Shown here in pieces: positions 1-8,414 of a DNA stretch of 64,000 bases. The notes beneath the pieces are model-generated. The model had not been told where the DNA came from, searched no databases, and saw nothing but the letters and a program-made list of their open reading frames with translations. The DNA comes from an uncultured Chitinophaga sp. GTDB taxonomy: Bacteria > Bacteroidota > Bacteroidia > Chitinophagales > LD1. The stretch spans positions 64,494 to 128,493 of the forward strand of contig CAYREY010000005.1 in NCBI GenBank assembly GCA_964423405.1, in the 5' to 3' direction. A program made the position numbers and the translations under genes. Position 1 is the first letter of the stretch; each line of letters begins with the position of its first letter.

Positions 1-538
1 GTTGTAATACATTTTTAGCCTGTTGCAGGTGGCGCTGTTCGTGGCCGGCCAGTATAATAAGCAGGTCGTGCAGGCTGTAGGTTATAAGCCCCTGCGCTGG
101 CGATGAAACGATCGTTTTGTTTAAATCAGCATCATCCAGTTTAGCTATAACAGCACTTAACTGTAATTGCTGTTTATTAAAATCGGCTACTATGGTTGCC
201 GGCAAATTACTTTGCGCAGGCGCAAAAGCGGGTGGGTTTTTCATGGGTTTACCTACCACCGGGCCGGTTTTCCTTATCAGATAGTTGCCAAACCACCGCG
301 ATATAAAACCAATATTCTGATATAAGCTGTTGCGGTACTTACGCGTTATTATTGCATTAAACTGCGGGTAATAGGTGTTGTTAGATACAATGAGGTGGTC
401 CAGGCACTGTGCAATACTCCATTTTTCGGGAGCAGGTTTCCAGTTTAATTGCAGTACAGTAAGGTTGCCAAACAACTTATGGGCTTCGGTGGTTACTGCA
501 TCCAGCGTTATCAGCGTGCGTTCTATCTGTTCCTGCAT
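1..538 (-). CDS. DinB-family (DinB_2-like) protein, C-terminal end cut by the window edge
   Basis: This CDS is absent from the ORF track because no stop codon lies in the window. The reverse-strand reading from ATG 538..536 stays open to position 1. It gives MQEQIERTLITLDAVTTEAHKLFGNLTVLQLNWKPAPEKWSIAQCLDHLIVSNNTYY...LIILAGHEQRHLQQAKNVLQ. The CLDHL and HEQRH histidine motifs are typical of DinB four-helix-bundle proteins. Confidence 0.55.
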   Translation of the reverse strand, partial: MQEQIERTLITLDAVTTEAHKLFGNLTVLQLNWKPAPEKWSIAQCLDHLIVSNNTYYPQFNAIITRKYRNSLYQNIGFISRWFGNYLIRKTGPVVGKPMKNPPAFAPAQSNLPATIVADFNKQQLQLSAVIAKLDDADLNKTIVSSPAQGLITYSLHDLLIILAGHEQRHLQQAKNVLQ

Positions 539-574
539 ATATGGGGTATTGTGTGTAATGCGTAATAGGTCTGT

Positions 575-1342
575 TTACTGGTCCAGCCAGTTTACAAATT
601 CATTGGCCTTCTCGCGGCTTACATCGGCGTGTACATGCTTATCGCATTTCAGGTGTACTTCTATTTTGCCGGTGTCGTGCTTGCGGTAGGTTTCTATCTG
701 ATCTATATTAATTATCATCTGCCGGTTAGCCCTGAAGAATTTTTTAGGGTTTACTACTTCTTCTATCTCATCTATAGTGTTGTAATCGGTTACCAGTTTT
801 TCGTTATCGGTAGTTACCAGGTATATGATGGTATCTTTTACAAAGTAGGCAACTTTACTTTCGGGTAGCGGCACTATGCCGGCTTTATAGTGCGCCAGAA
901 AACGCTCCTTATACTTCGGCGAATCGCCTTTACCATACGCCGATACAAACGATTGCAGTTGCTCGGCCACGGCGGTTGTATTCTGCCCGTGGTATTTTTT
1001 GTATTTCTCTATAGCCAGTTGCAACTGGTCCTTATCTACGGGTTTAAGCAGGTAATCTACGCTGTTCACCTTAAAGGCGCGGATGGCATACTCGTTATAC
1101 GCCGTGGTAAACACTACCGGCCGCTCAATTTTTACTTTATCAAAAATATCGAAGCTAACGCCATCGGCCAGTTGTATATCCATAAAAAACAGGTCGGGCT
1201 GTTCGTTCTCTTTAATCCATTTAACCGCCGACTCTACCGAATCGAGCGAGTTAATTACCTCGGCAGCAGGTTCTATCTGCTTAATCATCCGTATCAGGTT
1301 TTTGGCCACCAGCGGCTCATCTTCTATTACTACAACTTTCAT
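575..1342 (-). CDS. LytTR-family two-component response regulator
   Basis: The track ORF 575..1351 starts at a TTG; the first ATG is at 1342 (MKVVVIEDEP). It has an N-terminal receiver domain (DLFFMDIQLADG acceptor-Asp region, FTTAY) and a C-terminal LytTR-type DNA-binding domain (FFRANRQMIINIDQI). Confidence 0.85.
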   Translation of the reverse strand: MKVVVIEDEPLVAKNLIRMIKQIEPAAEVINSLDSVESAVKWIKENEQPDLFFMDIQLADGVSFDIFDKVKIERPVVFTTAYNEYAIRAFKVNSVDYLLKPVDKDQLQLAIEKYKKYHGQNTTAVAEQLQSFVSAYGKGDSPKYKERFLAHYKAGIVPLPESKVAYFVKDTIIYLVTTDNEKLVTDYNTIDEIEEVVNPKKFFRANRQMIINIDQIETYRKHDTGKIEVHLKCDKHVHADVSREKANEFVNWLDQ

Positions 1343-1395
1343 ATATCGCAATTGATTAAATAAACAGTAACATCAAACACTGCGGGGGGCAGCAA

Positions 1396-2436
1396 CTAAA
1401 TTAAAGGAATTTTTATCTCGTACGAATCGGGGGTTTCTACTACCTCTACGGGCCTGTCGCTTACATAACGGTACAGGTTGCGCAGGTTTTCCAGCCCCAG
1501 CTTGTTAGATACTTCTATAGCGTGCTTGCGTTGCAGGTTATTGGTAACCGAAAGGTAACCACCGGTAGTGCTTACTATAATATGCAAGGGGCTATCCTTA
1601 GAAGTGGTATTGTGCTTTACGGCATTCTCCAGCAGTATCTGTAGGGTTACCGGCACTATCATTCGTTCTTTACCAGAGTCTTCAATTTCAAATGTAACCC
1701 GTAGCCCATCGCCAAAGCGTGTTTCGAGCAGCTTTACGTAGTGGTTTACAAAGTTCATTTCTTTTTGCAGTGTTACCAGGTGTTTCTCTTTATTCTCCAG
1801 CACATAGCGGTACACTTTAGATAGCTGCTGCAAAAAATCGGAAGCCAGTTGCGGGTTTTCAAATATCAGCGAGTTAAGCGATGACAGGGCATTGAAAAGA
1901 AAATGCGGGTTCAACTGGTTTTTCAGATTATCGTATTGCACTATGGCTTTCTCTTTCTCAAGTTCGGCGGCTATAATGCGCTCTTGTTTCCAACGCACAA
2001 AAAAGTGGTAACCAAAAATAGAGAGGATAACACTTAGCACCATAAAAATATTGAGCGCTATGGTGGCGGCCCACAGTTCGCGGGTAAGTTGTATGGGTAT
2101 TTTATCGGCAAATAATATTGCCGGTATAATACGCAGTATCATTATTACCGTAATGGTTACGCCAAACTGCAGGGCAATACGTTTAAACGGGTTTACCTCA
2201 AATGGATAAATGCCATCCAGGTAAATGTCTATAGCGCGTACTATGTAGCCAAAAAAACCAATGGCCAGCAGCCCCACCGCGCTGGTTATGGCATGCCAGG
2301 TCATGCTTTGCTCTAAAAAAAAGAACGTTTTAACCGTGGTAAAAACAAGATATATCACCAGTATAATGCCCAGTGCAATTTTTGTTTCGCCTTTAAGTTT
2401 CAGCCGTTCCATGCTGTTTAGTTTGTTAAGCCCCAT
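1396..2436 (-). CDS. LytS/YehU-type sensor histidine kinase (His_kinase PF06580 type)
   Basis: There are about 5 N-terminal hydrophobic helices and no large periplasmic domain. The H-box is NPHFLFNALSSLNSL, followed by an ATPase region (LLENAVKHN). The start ATG 2436..2434 overlaps the upstream ATPase stop by 1 nt (TAATG on the coding strand). Confidence 0.85.
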   Translation of the reverse strand: MGLNKLNSMERLKLKGETKIALGIILVIYLVFTTVKTFFFLEQSMTWHAITSAVGLLAIGFFGYIVRAIDIYLDGIYPFEVNPFKRIALQFGVTITVIMILRIIPAILFADKIPIQLTRELWAATIALNIFMVLSVILSIFGYHFFVRWKQERIIAAELEKEKAIVQYDNLKNQLNPHFLFNALSSLNSLIFENPQLASDFLQQLSKVYRYVLENKEKHLVTLQKEMNFVNHYVKLLETRFGDGLRVTFEIEDSGKERMIVPVTLQILLENAVKHNTTSKDSPLHIIVSTTGGYLSVTNNLQRKHAIEVSNKLGLENLRNLYRYVSDRPVEVVETPDSYEIKIPLI

Positions 2437-3182
2437 TATCCACCGTTTACAATTTCACCATCTTTCATTTCAATAATCCGGTCGCTGTTTTGGGCAAACT
2501 CGTTATCGTGCGTTACCGATATAATGGTTTGCCCCCGGTCGCGCGCCAGGCCACGTAATATATCAAAAACTATCTGTGTATTTACCGAATCGAGGTTGCC
2601 GGTAGGTTCATCGCCCATAATAATGGTGGGGTCGTTAACCAGAGCGCGGGCTATGGCCACGCGCTGTTGTTGCCCGCCCGATAGTTTAGACGATAGCTTG
2701 GTGGCAAACTTATCCATATCCAGCCATTTCAGTTTTTCGTAGGCGCGGTCTTCACATTCGCTTTTGCTGTACTTGCCCAGTTTTTCGGCGGGCAGCATTA
2801 CATTTTTTAAAGCCGAAAACTCGGGCAGCAAAAAGTGAAACTGAAACACAAAGCCAATATGCTCGTTACGAAAACGAGCCAGCTCGTTTTGTGTTTTACC
2901 GGTAAGCAATACGTTGTTTACATACATTTGACCGGTGTAATCCGTATCCATAGTAGATAGTAAATACAACAGGGTAGATTTACCACAACCGCTTTTACCT
3001 ACTATAGACACAAACTCGCCACGCTTTACCTCAAAGCTTACATCTTTCAGCACATGAAACTCCTCGGGCTCGTAAAAGTATTTATTAAGCTTTACGGCTT
3101 TTAATACGGCATCAGCGGCCCCTCCAAACCTCCCCAAAAGGGAGGCTTTAGTGTTGTCATTACTTGCTTTATCTGTGCTCAT
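2436..3182 (-). CDS. ABC transporter ATP-binding protein (MacB/LolD type)
   Basis: Motifs present: Walker A GKSGCGKST, ABC signature LSGGQQQRVAIARAL, Walker B IIMGDEPTGNLD and H-loop VTHD. The ~27-aa N-terminal extension (MSTDKASNDNTKASLLGRFGGAADAV) is atypical and is encoded by repeat-like GC hairpin DNA. Confidence 0.9.
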   Translation of the reverse strand: MSTDKASNDNTKASLLGRFGGAADAVLKAVKLNKYFYEPEEFHVLKDVSFEVKRGEFVSIVGKSGCGKSTLLYLLSTMDTDYTGQMYVNNVLLTGKTQNELARFRNEHIGFVFQFHFLLPEFSALKNVMLPAEKLGKYSKSECEDRAYEKLKWLDMDKFATKLSSKLSGGQQQRVAIARALVNDPTIIMGDEPTGNLDSVNTQIVFDILRGLARDRGQTIISVTHDNEFAQNSDRIIEMKDGEIVNGG

Positions 3183-3217
3183 AGTTTTACTTTTTTTCCC
3201 CTTTGGGGGGTAGGGGG
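3129..3217 (-). repeat. Two G/C-run hairpin motifs bracketing the ABC ATPase start codon
   Basis: On the plus strand, cctccc-caaaa-gggagg lies at 3129..3145, inside the first 20 codons. The motif cccc-ttt-gggggg-ta-ggggg lies at 3198..3217, in the 42-nt permease/ATPase spacer. The second motif closely resembles the reverse complement of 6626..6650 (tccccctttagggggttaggggg). Confidence 0.5.
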
Positions 3218-3224
3218 CTGCATT

Positions 3225-4481
3225 TTATCCTCTCAATATCGCCACCGGATCTACCTTGCCTGCTTTTATGCTTGGCATCAGCCCGGCTATAAAGGTGGTT
3301 ACAATACCAAAGCCCAACCCAAAGGCATAGTGCTTAACATGAAACACCACCGGAAAATGTGTGATGCTTATAAATTCATTTTTGGGAAATGGCAGGCTGT
3401 ACACGCCACTGCTCATTAAAAAGCCCAGCAACAGCCCACTGATAGCCCCAAACAACCCAATGGTAACACTCTCGGTTAAAAATATCTGCCGTATATCGGC
3501 CGATGAAAAACCTTCGGCTTTCAGTATGGCAATATCTTTCAGTTTGTTTTGTATGGTCATGCTCATAATGTTGTAGATACCGAAACCGGCCACAACCAAC
3601 AACGTGAACGATACTACAATGGTCATTACATTACGGATGGTGATAGACACCATAGCACTGGCGTTGGTGGTTTGCCAATCGTCGGCTTTGTAGCCATACC
3701 GGGTTGCAAATTCCTTTGACACTTCAGTTGACTGATCGAAGTTTTTCAGCTTTATAGATATCTCAGTTATGTACTGGTTATCCTTACCCAACAGTTGCTG
3801 CACCTTGCTAAGGTTTACATAGCTTTTTACATTATCCAGCGAGCCGATACCGAACTGAAAGGTACCCACCAGCCTGAACCGCATAGAATTGCCGTTGGGC
3901 GATGCCAGTGTAACAATGTCGCCTACCTGTACATTCAGCTTGCTTGCCAGGCCGTGGCCCATCAGTATGCCGTTGTCAACGGTCAGCAAGTTTTCTATTC
4001 TACCGGTTTTCATTTTACTGTTCAGTCCGGTCAGCTGTGCCTCTTCAATAATGTTTACACCGTTCAGCGAGCCGTTAATCTGCACCGGTCCGCTTACATA
4101 AAACACCTGTGTAGATAGCTGTGGGCTAACCGCCAGTATGCGTGCATCTTTATCCAGGTCTTCCAGTATGCGTGCCGAGTTGCGGATGCTGGGGGTAATA
4201 TCTTTAGGCTTGGGGTGGTGCACTATGTTCATTACCCGGCTGGTATCGCTTATATCATCCAGTATAGAGTGGCTGAAATCGGTTTTAATATCATTGTACA
4301 TGCGTACATCGGGGGTAGATGACAGCATGGTATCTTCCAGAAACTCGTTAAAGCCCTGCATAAAGCTTATCATCAGTATATACATACCAATACCAAACGT
4401 AACGCCCAGCATAGCTATAAGCGTTTGCCGTGGTTTGGCCAGCAGGTGGGTTTTGGCTATTTCGAAGTTTACACTAAGCAT
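3225..4481 (-). CDS. ABC transporter permease, FtsX/MacB type
   Basis: The 418-aa product has an N-terminal TM helix (TLIAMLGVTFGIGMYILMISF), a large extracytoplasmic MacB_PCD-like domain and a C-terminal three-helix FtsX bundle (ILKAEGFSSADIRQIF). Its ATG 4481..4479 directly abuts the upstream stop codon (TAAATG). Confidence 0.85.
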   Translation of the reverse strand: MLSVNFEIAKTHLLAKPRQTLIAMLGVTFGIGMYILMISFMQGFNEFLEDTMLSSTPDVRMYNDIKTDFSHSILDDISDTSRVMNIVHHPKPKDITPSIRNSARILEDLDKDARILAVSPQLSTQVFYVSGPVQINGSLNGVNIIEEAQLTGLNSKMKTGRIENLLTVDNGILMGHGLASKLNVQVGDIVTLASPNGNSMRFRLVGTFQFGIGSLDNVKSYVNLSKVQQLLGKDNQYITEISIKLKNFDQSTEVSKEFATRYGYKADDWQTTNASAMVSITIRNVMTIVVSFTLLVVAGFGIYNIMSMTIQNKLKDIAILKAEGFSSADIRQIFLTESVTIGLFGAISGLLLGFLMSSGVYSLPFPKNEFISITHFPVVFHVKHYAFGLGFGIVTTFIAGLMPSIKAGKVDPVAILRG

Positions 4482-5351
4482 TTACGATACAAATTTTTTG
4501 AGTTCACGGGTTACTTCTTCATGTGCTTCGTCCTGTACAAAGTGGCCGGCATCTATTTTAACTGCTGCTGCATATCTGAATTTTGATAGAAAGCGGTTCA
4601 GAAACTTTACAGGCACAAACTTGTCTAACTCACCCCACAAAAATAGCATGGGCTTACCCGAAAGCACATCGGCTTTGTTCCATAGTTTTTCAAACCAGTC
4701 CTGATCGTTCAGCAGCGATTTGGCAAAGGCAATGGTGCCCATACGTTCCGATGGCTTACTAAATGGTTTCAGGTAGTGGGCGTGTATGGCTTTGGTTAAA
4801 GTAGCCTTGTTGCCCCAGCTTTGCGGCACCAGCACACGCGCCGAAAAATTAAGGTACTTATACAGCAATGGCAGCAGTGGCGATTTAAGCACCCGCTCGG
4901 CTTGTTTATATTCCGGTTCGTGGCGGGTAGCAAACAGCCAGGTGTTGAGCACTACCAGTTTTTTAATTTTAGCCGGGTGCTGCACGGCATAGTTAATGCC
5001 TATGGGGCCGCCAAAATCGTGTACTACCAGTGTAAACGAGTTTAGCTGTAGCTTATCTATCAGCATAGCCAGGTTTTCGCAATGCTGTAAAAGGCTGTAG
5101 TTGTAGTCTTCGGGTTTATCCGACAGGCCAAAGCCAATATGATCGGGCGCAATACACCGGTGTGTTTTGCTCAGCTCTTTTATCTGGTGCCTGAAATCGA
5201 ACGACCACGATGGCGTGCCGTGTACAAACAGCAGCACCTCGCCGCTACCTTCATCTACATAGTGCATGTTGGCCCCGGGCAGTGGCAGGTAGTGGCTCCG
5301 GAAAGGGTATTCCTTTCTATCAACCCAGTTATATGTATTGTCGGCCTGCAT
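4482..5351 (-). CDS. Alpha/beta hydrolase, haloalkane dehalogenase/epoxide hydrolase-like (Asp nucleophile)
   Basis: It carries an HGTPSWSFDFR (HGxP oxyanion region), a nucleophile elbow VVHDFGGPIG with Asp rather than Ser, and a C-terminal DAGHFVQDE histidine. The product is 289 aa with no signal peptide. Confidence 0.75.
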   Translation of the reverse strand: MQADNTYNWVDRKEYPFRSHYLPLPGANMHYVDEGSGEVLLFVHGTPSWSFDFRHQIKELSKTHRCIAPDHIGFGLSDKPEDYNYSLLQHCENLAMLIDKLQLNSFTLVVHDFGGPIGINYAVQHPAKIKKLVVLNTWLFATRHEPEYKQAERVLKSPLLPLLYKYLNFSARVLVPQSWGNKATLTKAIHAHYLKPFSKPSERMGTIAFAKSLLNDQDWFEKLWNKADVLSGKPMLFLWGELDKFVPVKFLNRFLSKFRYAAAVKIDAGHFVQDEAHEEVTRELKKFVS

Positions 5352-5370
5352 GGTTAGCTGAATGTTTTTG

Positions 5371-6489
5371 TTATTTGGCTTTAGGTATTACTACTTCGTC
5401 GCTATCGCTCAGGCCCTCGGTTACTTCTACAAACTCCAGGTTCTCTAACCCGCGTTTAATTTTTACCGTTTTGTTCAGGCCGGTGCTGCGTACCTCTACT
5501 TCATTATTAGCCTGCACCACATTTTTAGGTATTATCAGCGCCTGCTCTTTCTGCGCTACTATTATGTTGGCCTCTACCGATACGTGTACATAGTTCATGT
5601 CGTAGTCTTCGGTAAACTCGGCTTCTACTTTAAAGCTCTGGTCGTTCTGGTTCATGTTGGGGTATATTTTGCTAACGCGGGCTTTATATACCTTATCGCC
5701 GGTTACATCCAGCTTAACCACTACTTCCTGGCCTATCTTTACTTTATCTACATCGCTCTGGTCTACGCTCAGCTCTAATAGCTTTTTACCCTTTTCGCCT
5801 ACTATGGCTACCAGGTCGTTCTGGCGTACGGCTTCGCCGTTTTCTTTATAGGTATCGTACACTATGCCATCCATGGTGCTGCGTATGCTGTAGTTGCCAA
5901 AATCGAGGTTGCTGCCGGCCAATGCGCTTTGTGCGTTTTTAAGTTCTACCTGCAATTGCTCTCTGGTACGTTTATAGTTTTCGTTGGCCGATTTAAGGTC
6001 GTTGCCCGATACTTCATAGGCCAGGGCCATCTGGTCGTACTGGGCGCGGGTAACAGCCTGTGCATCCAGCATATTTTTGTAGCGGATGTAGTTCAGCGAA
6101 TCGTTGCGGAACTTAGCCTCGGCACTGCGTATTTTGTTTTTAAGGTCTAACAGCACCGGCGAGTTATCCGATGCATTGCTGCGGGCCAGTTCTAACGCCG
6201 ATGAGCTGGCGCCTAAGCGGGCTGCGCTGGCATCGTTCTGTACGCGGTAAATCTCTTCGCCTTTTTTAACCTCTTCGCCACCCTCTTTGCTTTTGGCTAC
6301 TATGTAACCACCGCTAAGGGCATACACTTTATACTCGTTACGCGGCACCACAAAACCCGATGCATACACAGCCTCGGTAATAGCTTTGCGCTCGGGCTTA
6401 ATGGTTTGCGGTTTGTTTTTACGCACTATTACAAATACAATTACCGCTACGGGAATAAGCAGCAGCAGGTACAGGTACTTTTTGTTCAT
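5371..6489 (-). CDS. HlyD/MacA-type periplasmic adaptor (membrane fusion protein)
   Basis: ATG 6489 gives MNKKYLYLLLLIPVAVIVFVIV, a signal anchor; the track start at 6546 is a TTG. A long alpha-helical hairpin region (ARSNASDN...QLQVELKNAQSALA) is followed by a beta-barrel and C-terminal domain typical of efflux adaptors. Confidence 0.85.
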   Translation of the reverse strand: MNKKYLYLLLLIPVAVIVFVIVRKNKPQTIKPERKAITEAVYASGFVVPRNEYKVYALSGGYIVAKSKEGGEEVKKGEEIYRVQNDASAARLGASSSALELARSNASDNSPVLLDLKNKIRSAEAKFRNDSLNYIRYKNMLDAQAVTRAQYDQMALAYEVSGNDLKSANENYKRTREQLQVELKNAQSALAGSNLDFGNYSIRSTMDGIVYDTYKENGEAVRQNDLVAIVGEKGKKLLELSVDQSDVDKVKIGQEVVVKLDVTGDKVYKARVSKIYPNMNQNDQSFKVEAEFTEDYDMNYVHVSVEANIIVAQKEQALIIPKNVVQANNEVEVRSTGLNKTVKIKRGLENLEFVEVTEGLSDSDEVVIPKAK

Positions 6490-6584
6490 ACAGCTTGGTT
6501 TGCACTGCAAATGAAACAATACCCCTACTGCCCTGCAATAAAACAAAGGCTACCCGTAGGGTATAGTAACTGAAACGTTAAAAA

Positions 6585-6650
6585 GGGGGATTGAACCCCC
6601 TGGCCCCCTATAGCGAAATACAATACCCCCTAACCCCCTAAAGGGGGAAC
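6585..6650. repeat. G5/C5 hairpin motifs of the same family as 3198..3217
   Basis: Two motifs are present: ggggg-attgaa-ccccc-tgg-ccccc (6585..6609) and ccccc-taa-ccccc-taaa-ggggg (6626..6647). Each is a 5-bp G/C hairpin plus an extra C5 run. Confidence 0.6.
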
Positions 6651-6656
6651 AGTACA

Positions 6657-7069
6657 AACAGCCGAATACAGGCTTAACCACTAAGAACATTAAGGGCATT
6701 AAGGATTAGGAGAAGAAAACAGCCAATACAGGTTTAACCACTAAGAACACGAAGGGCACTAAGAATATGAGGGGCGGCTGTTGAACCTCCCTTGGGGGAG
6801 GTGGCCGCAGGCCGGTGGGGGACGGTACCATACGTTATAAAGGTTAATATGCCTGTATGGAGTTAGTGTACTACCACCTCGTCTCCGCGTTGCGGAGCCA
6901 CTCCTCCTTAAAATACCGCCGTGTTGCGGCGTAAGGAGGAGAGCTAAAACCAAATACAAACAGCCAATACAGGTTTAACCACTAAGCACACGAAGAGTAC
7001 TAGGAATAACTAAAGGCAAACCGGCTGTTGAGCCTCCCTTGAGGGAGGTGGCCGCAGGCCGGTGGGTGA
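6657..7069. repeat. Composite intergenic repeat cluster: module A in 3 copies, module B in 2 copies
   Basis: Module A (~49 nt, aacagccRatacaggYttaaccactaagNaca...) occurs at 6657..6705, 6718..6766 and 6959..7007. Module B (~47 nt, ggctgttgaRcctcccttgRgggaggtggccgcaggccggtgggKga) occurs at 6776..6822 and 7023..7069. A2+B1 and A3+B2 form two direct ~105-112 nt composite units. In each unit the ends aacagcc and ggctgtt are mutually complementary. Confidence 0.75.
6883..6951. other. Nested GC-rich hairpins between the two composite repeat units
   Basis: The motifs are ctccgc-gtt-gcggag (6883..6897) and a 10-bp stem ctcctcctta...taaggaggag (6901..6951) that encloses cgccg-tgttg-cggcg. No plausible ORF is present. 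Confidence 0.5.
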
Positions 7070-7147
7070 TTGTATTATTTACCAACGGTTAAAACAGGCC
7101 ATTATATTATATTAAATAAAATATTACATTGCAATAAACAATTACTT

Positions 7148-7561
7148 ATGAAAAGACACTTACCTCTAATTTGCATTGTGGCTTTATTAATTATTACTAC
7201 ACTTAGTAATTGTAATAAGGATGATAATACCGACAATAGCCTGGCGGGTGGCATAGCCGGTCGTTATTACAACAGTACAGACAACTATGACATAATAGTA
7301 AATAAGGTAAACGATAATACGGTAAGTATTACTATAGGCGGCTTTTACAATGCAACTTACGATGCCGTAACAGTTAATACTGCTACCACTTTTACGTTAA
7401 ACGAAAATGTATATGAAGATAATGAAACCCTTATCCGGTATTATGGTAACGGCACCTGTTCCAACGGCAATTTGGTGGTAAATACTTACCAGAAAACATT
7501 CGATAAACTTACTCAGGATTCTACCTTAGCGGGTGGTTCCTTTTATGGCATTAAAATGTAA
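7148..7561 (+). CDS. Small lipoprotein, function unknown
   Basis: ATG 7148 gives MKRHLPLICIVALLIITTLSNC with the lipobox LSNC. The upstream part of the track ORF (from 7070) overlaps repeat module B. The gene is visibly AT-richer than its neighbours. Confidence 0.6.
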   Translation: MKRHLPLICIVALLIITTLSNCNKDDNTDNSLAGGIAGRYYNSTDNYDIIVNKVNDNTVSITIGGFYNATYDAVTVNTATTFTLNENVYEDNETLIRYYGNGTCSNGNLVVNTYQKTFDKLTQDSTLAGGSFYGIKM

Positions 7562-7648
7562 ACTGCAATTACCGGTTAAAACCGGCAGCAACAGGATAAG
7601 CAGCATTTTAATCTGTTTTATTGCAAGCTAAAGCCCGCTGTAACATAA

Positions 7649-8347
7649 CTACGAAGCTTTCTTCATCTCTTTGGTAGTAGTAAGTTTTACGGTGCGTGGG
7701 GAGGCCAGTTCTTTCCGTATAATTTTGCTGATCTCTTTGGCGCGGTTTACCACCATAAAGTGGGTGCCGCCTTTTATCCAGATAGCATCTTTAATATAAA
7801 AGTGCGGAAATATACGGTCGCGGGTGCCGTGTATATGCGTAAGGTTGGCGGGTATTTCTTCGTTTTTCCAGTGTATTACCTGGTCTACCGCCCACTCGTT
7901 AAACTCAATGTTTATGTCCTCTATCATGCGGTCTATCAGTTGCAGGTCGTGGGTGCTTAGTTTGCCCAAAAACCAGCGCATCCAAAAGCGGAACTCTACC
8001 ACCAGCTTGCCGGGTATAAGCCGGTGAAACTTAAGCGAGTTGAGGAACAGAAGTTTAAGCGGACGCTCGTGGTAAGTTTTAATGCTGCTTATCAGTATTA
8101 CTTTGTAAGGGTCAACCAGTTTAGATAGCTCAACCGCCACTACCCCGCCAAACGACATACCTATCAGTATAGGCTGGGTGTCTTTTTTTATCTGTGGCAG
8201 CAGCTTTTTAACGTAAGCTTCCAGTCCCTCGCCTTTTTTGTGCTTAGGCCATTTTAAATGCACTACTTCATAATCCGGAAGGTCAAGATTTTCAAAAATA
8301 ATATCATTAGCCCCCACTCCCGGTATTAAATAGATTGTTTTATCCAT
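7649..8347 (-). CDS. Alpha/beta hydrolase (small, Ser nucleophile)
   Basis: The 232-aa product has a GMSFGG nucleophile elbow and a late HGTRD/GGTHF region. Confidence 0.6.
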   Translation of the reverse strand: MDKTIYLIPGVGANDIIFENLDLPDYEVVHLKWPKHKKGEGLEAYVKKLLPQIKKDTQPILIGMSFGGVVAVELSKLVDPYKVILISSIKTYHERPLKLLFLNSLKFHRLIPGKLVVEFRFWMRWFLGKLSTHDLQLIDRMIEDINIEFNEWAVDQVIHWKNEEIPANLTHIHGTRDRIFPHFYIKDAIWIKGGTHFMVVNRAKEISKIIRKELASPRTVKLTTTKEMKKAS

Positions 8348-8414
8348 TAGGTTGGATTTGTTGCATTAACTAAATTAGAACTTAATTTGTGCTATTAAAT
8401 ACATTTATCCCCCA

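Noticed and set aside
375-689. A 104-aa plus-strand ORF bridges the DinB-like gene and the response regulator gene. The ORF 4138..4704 (188 aa) similarly spans the permease/hydrolase junction.
   Set aside because: Both run antisense across two well-supported minus-strand genes, and the first starts at a GTG. Neither product has recognisable features.
6548-6615. The motif ggggg-attgaa-ccccc looks like a tRNA T-arm, which suggested a possible tRNA or tRNA fragment.
   Set aside because: The loop is 6 nt and lacks the TTCRA consensus. No acceptor stem, D-arm or anticodon arm can be folded from the flanking sequence. The same G5/C5 hairpin type recurs at 6626..6647 and 3198..3217 as a repeat motif.
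6759-6959. A 66-aa minus-strand ORF lies inside the intergenic repeat cluster.
   Set aside because: It is encoded entirely by palindromic GC-rich repeat modules, and its product is Arg/Gly/Pro-rich with no plausible fold. The same DNA is better explained as structured repeats.
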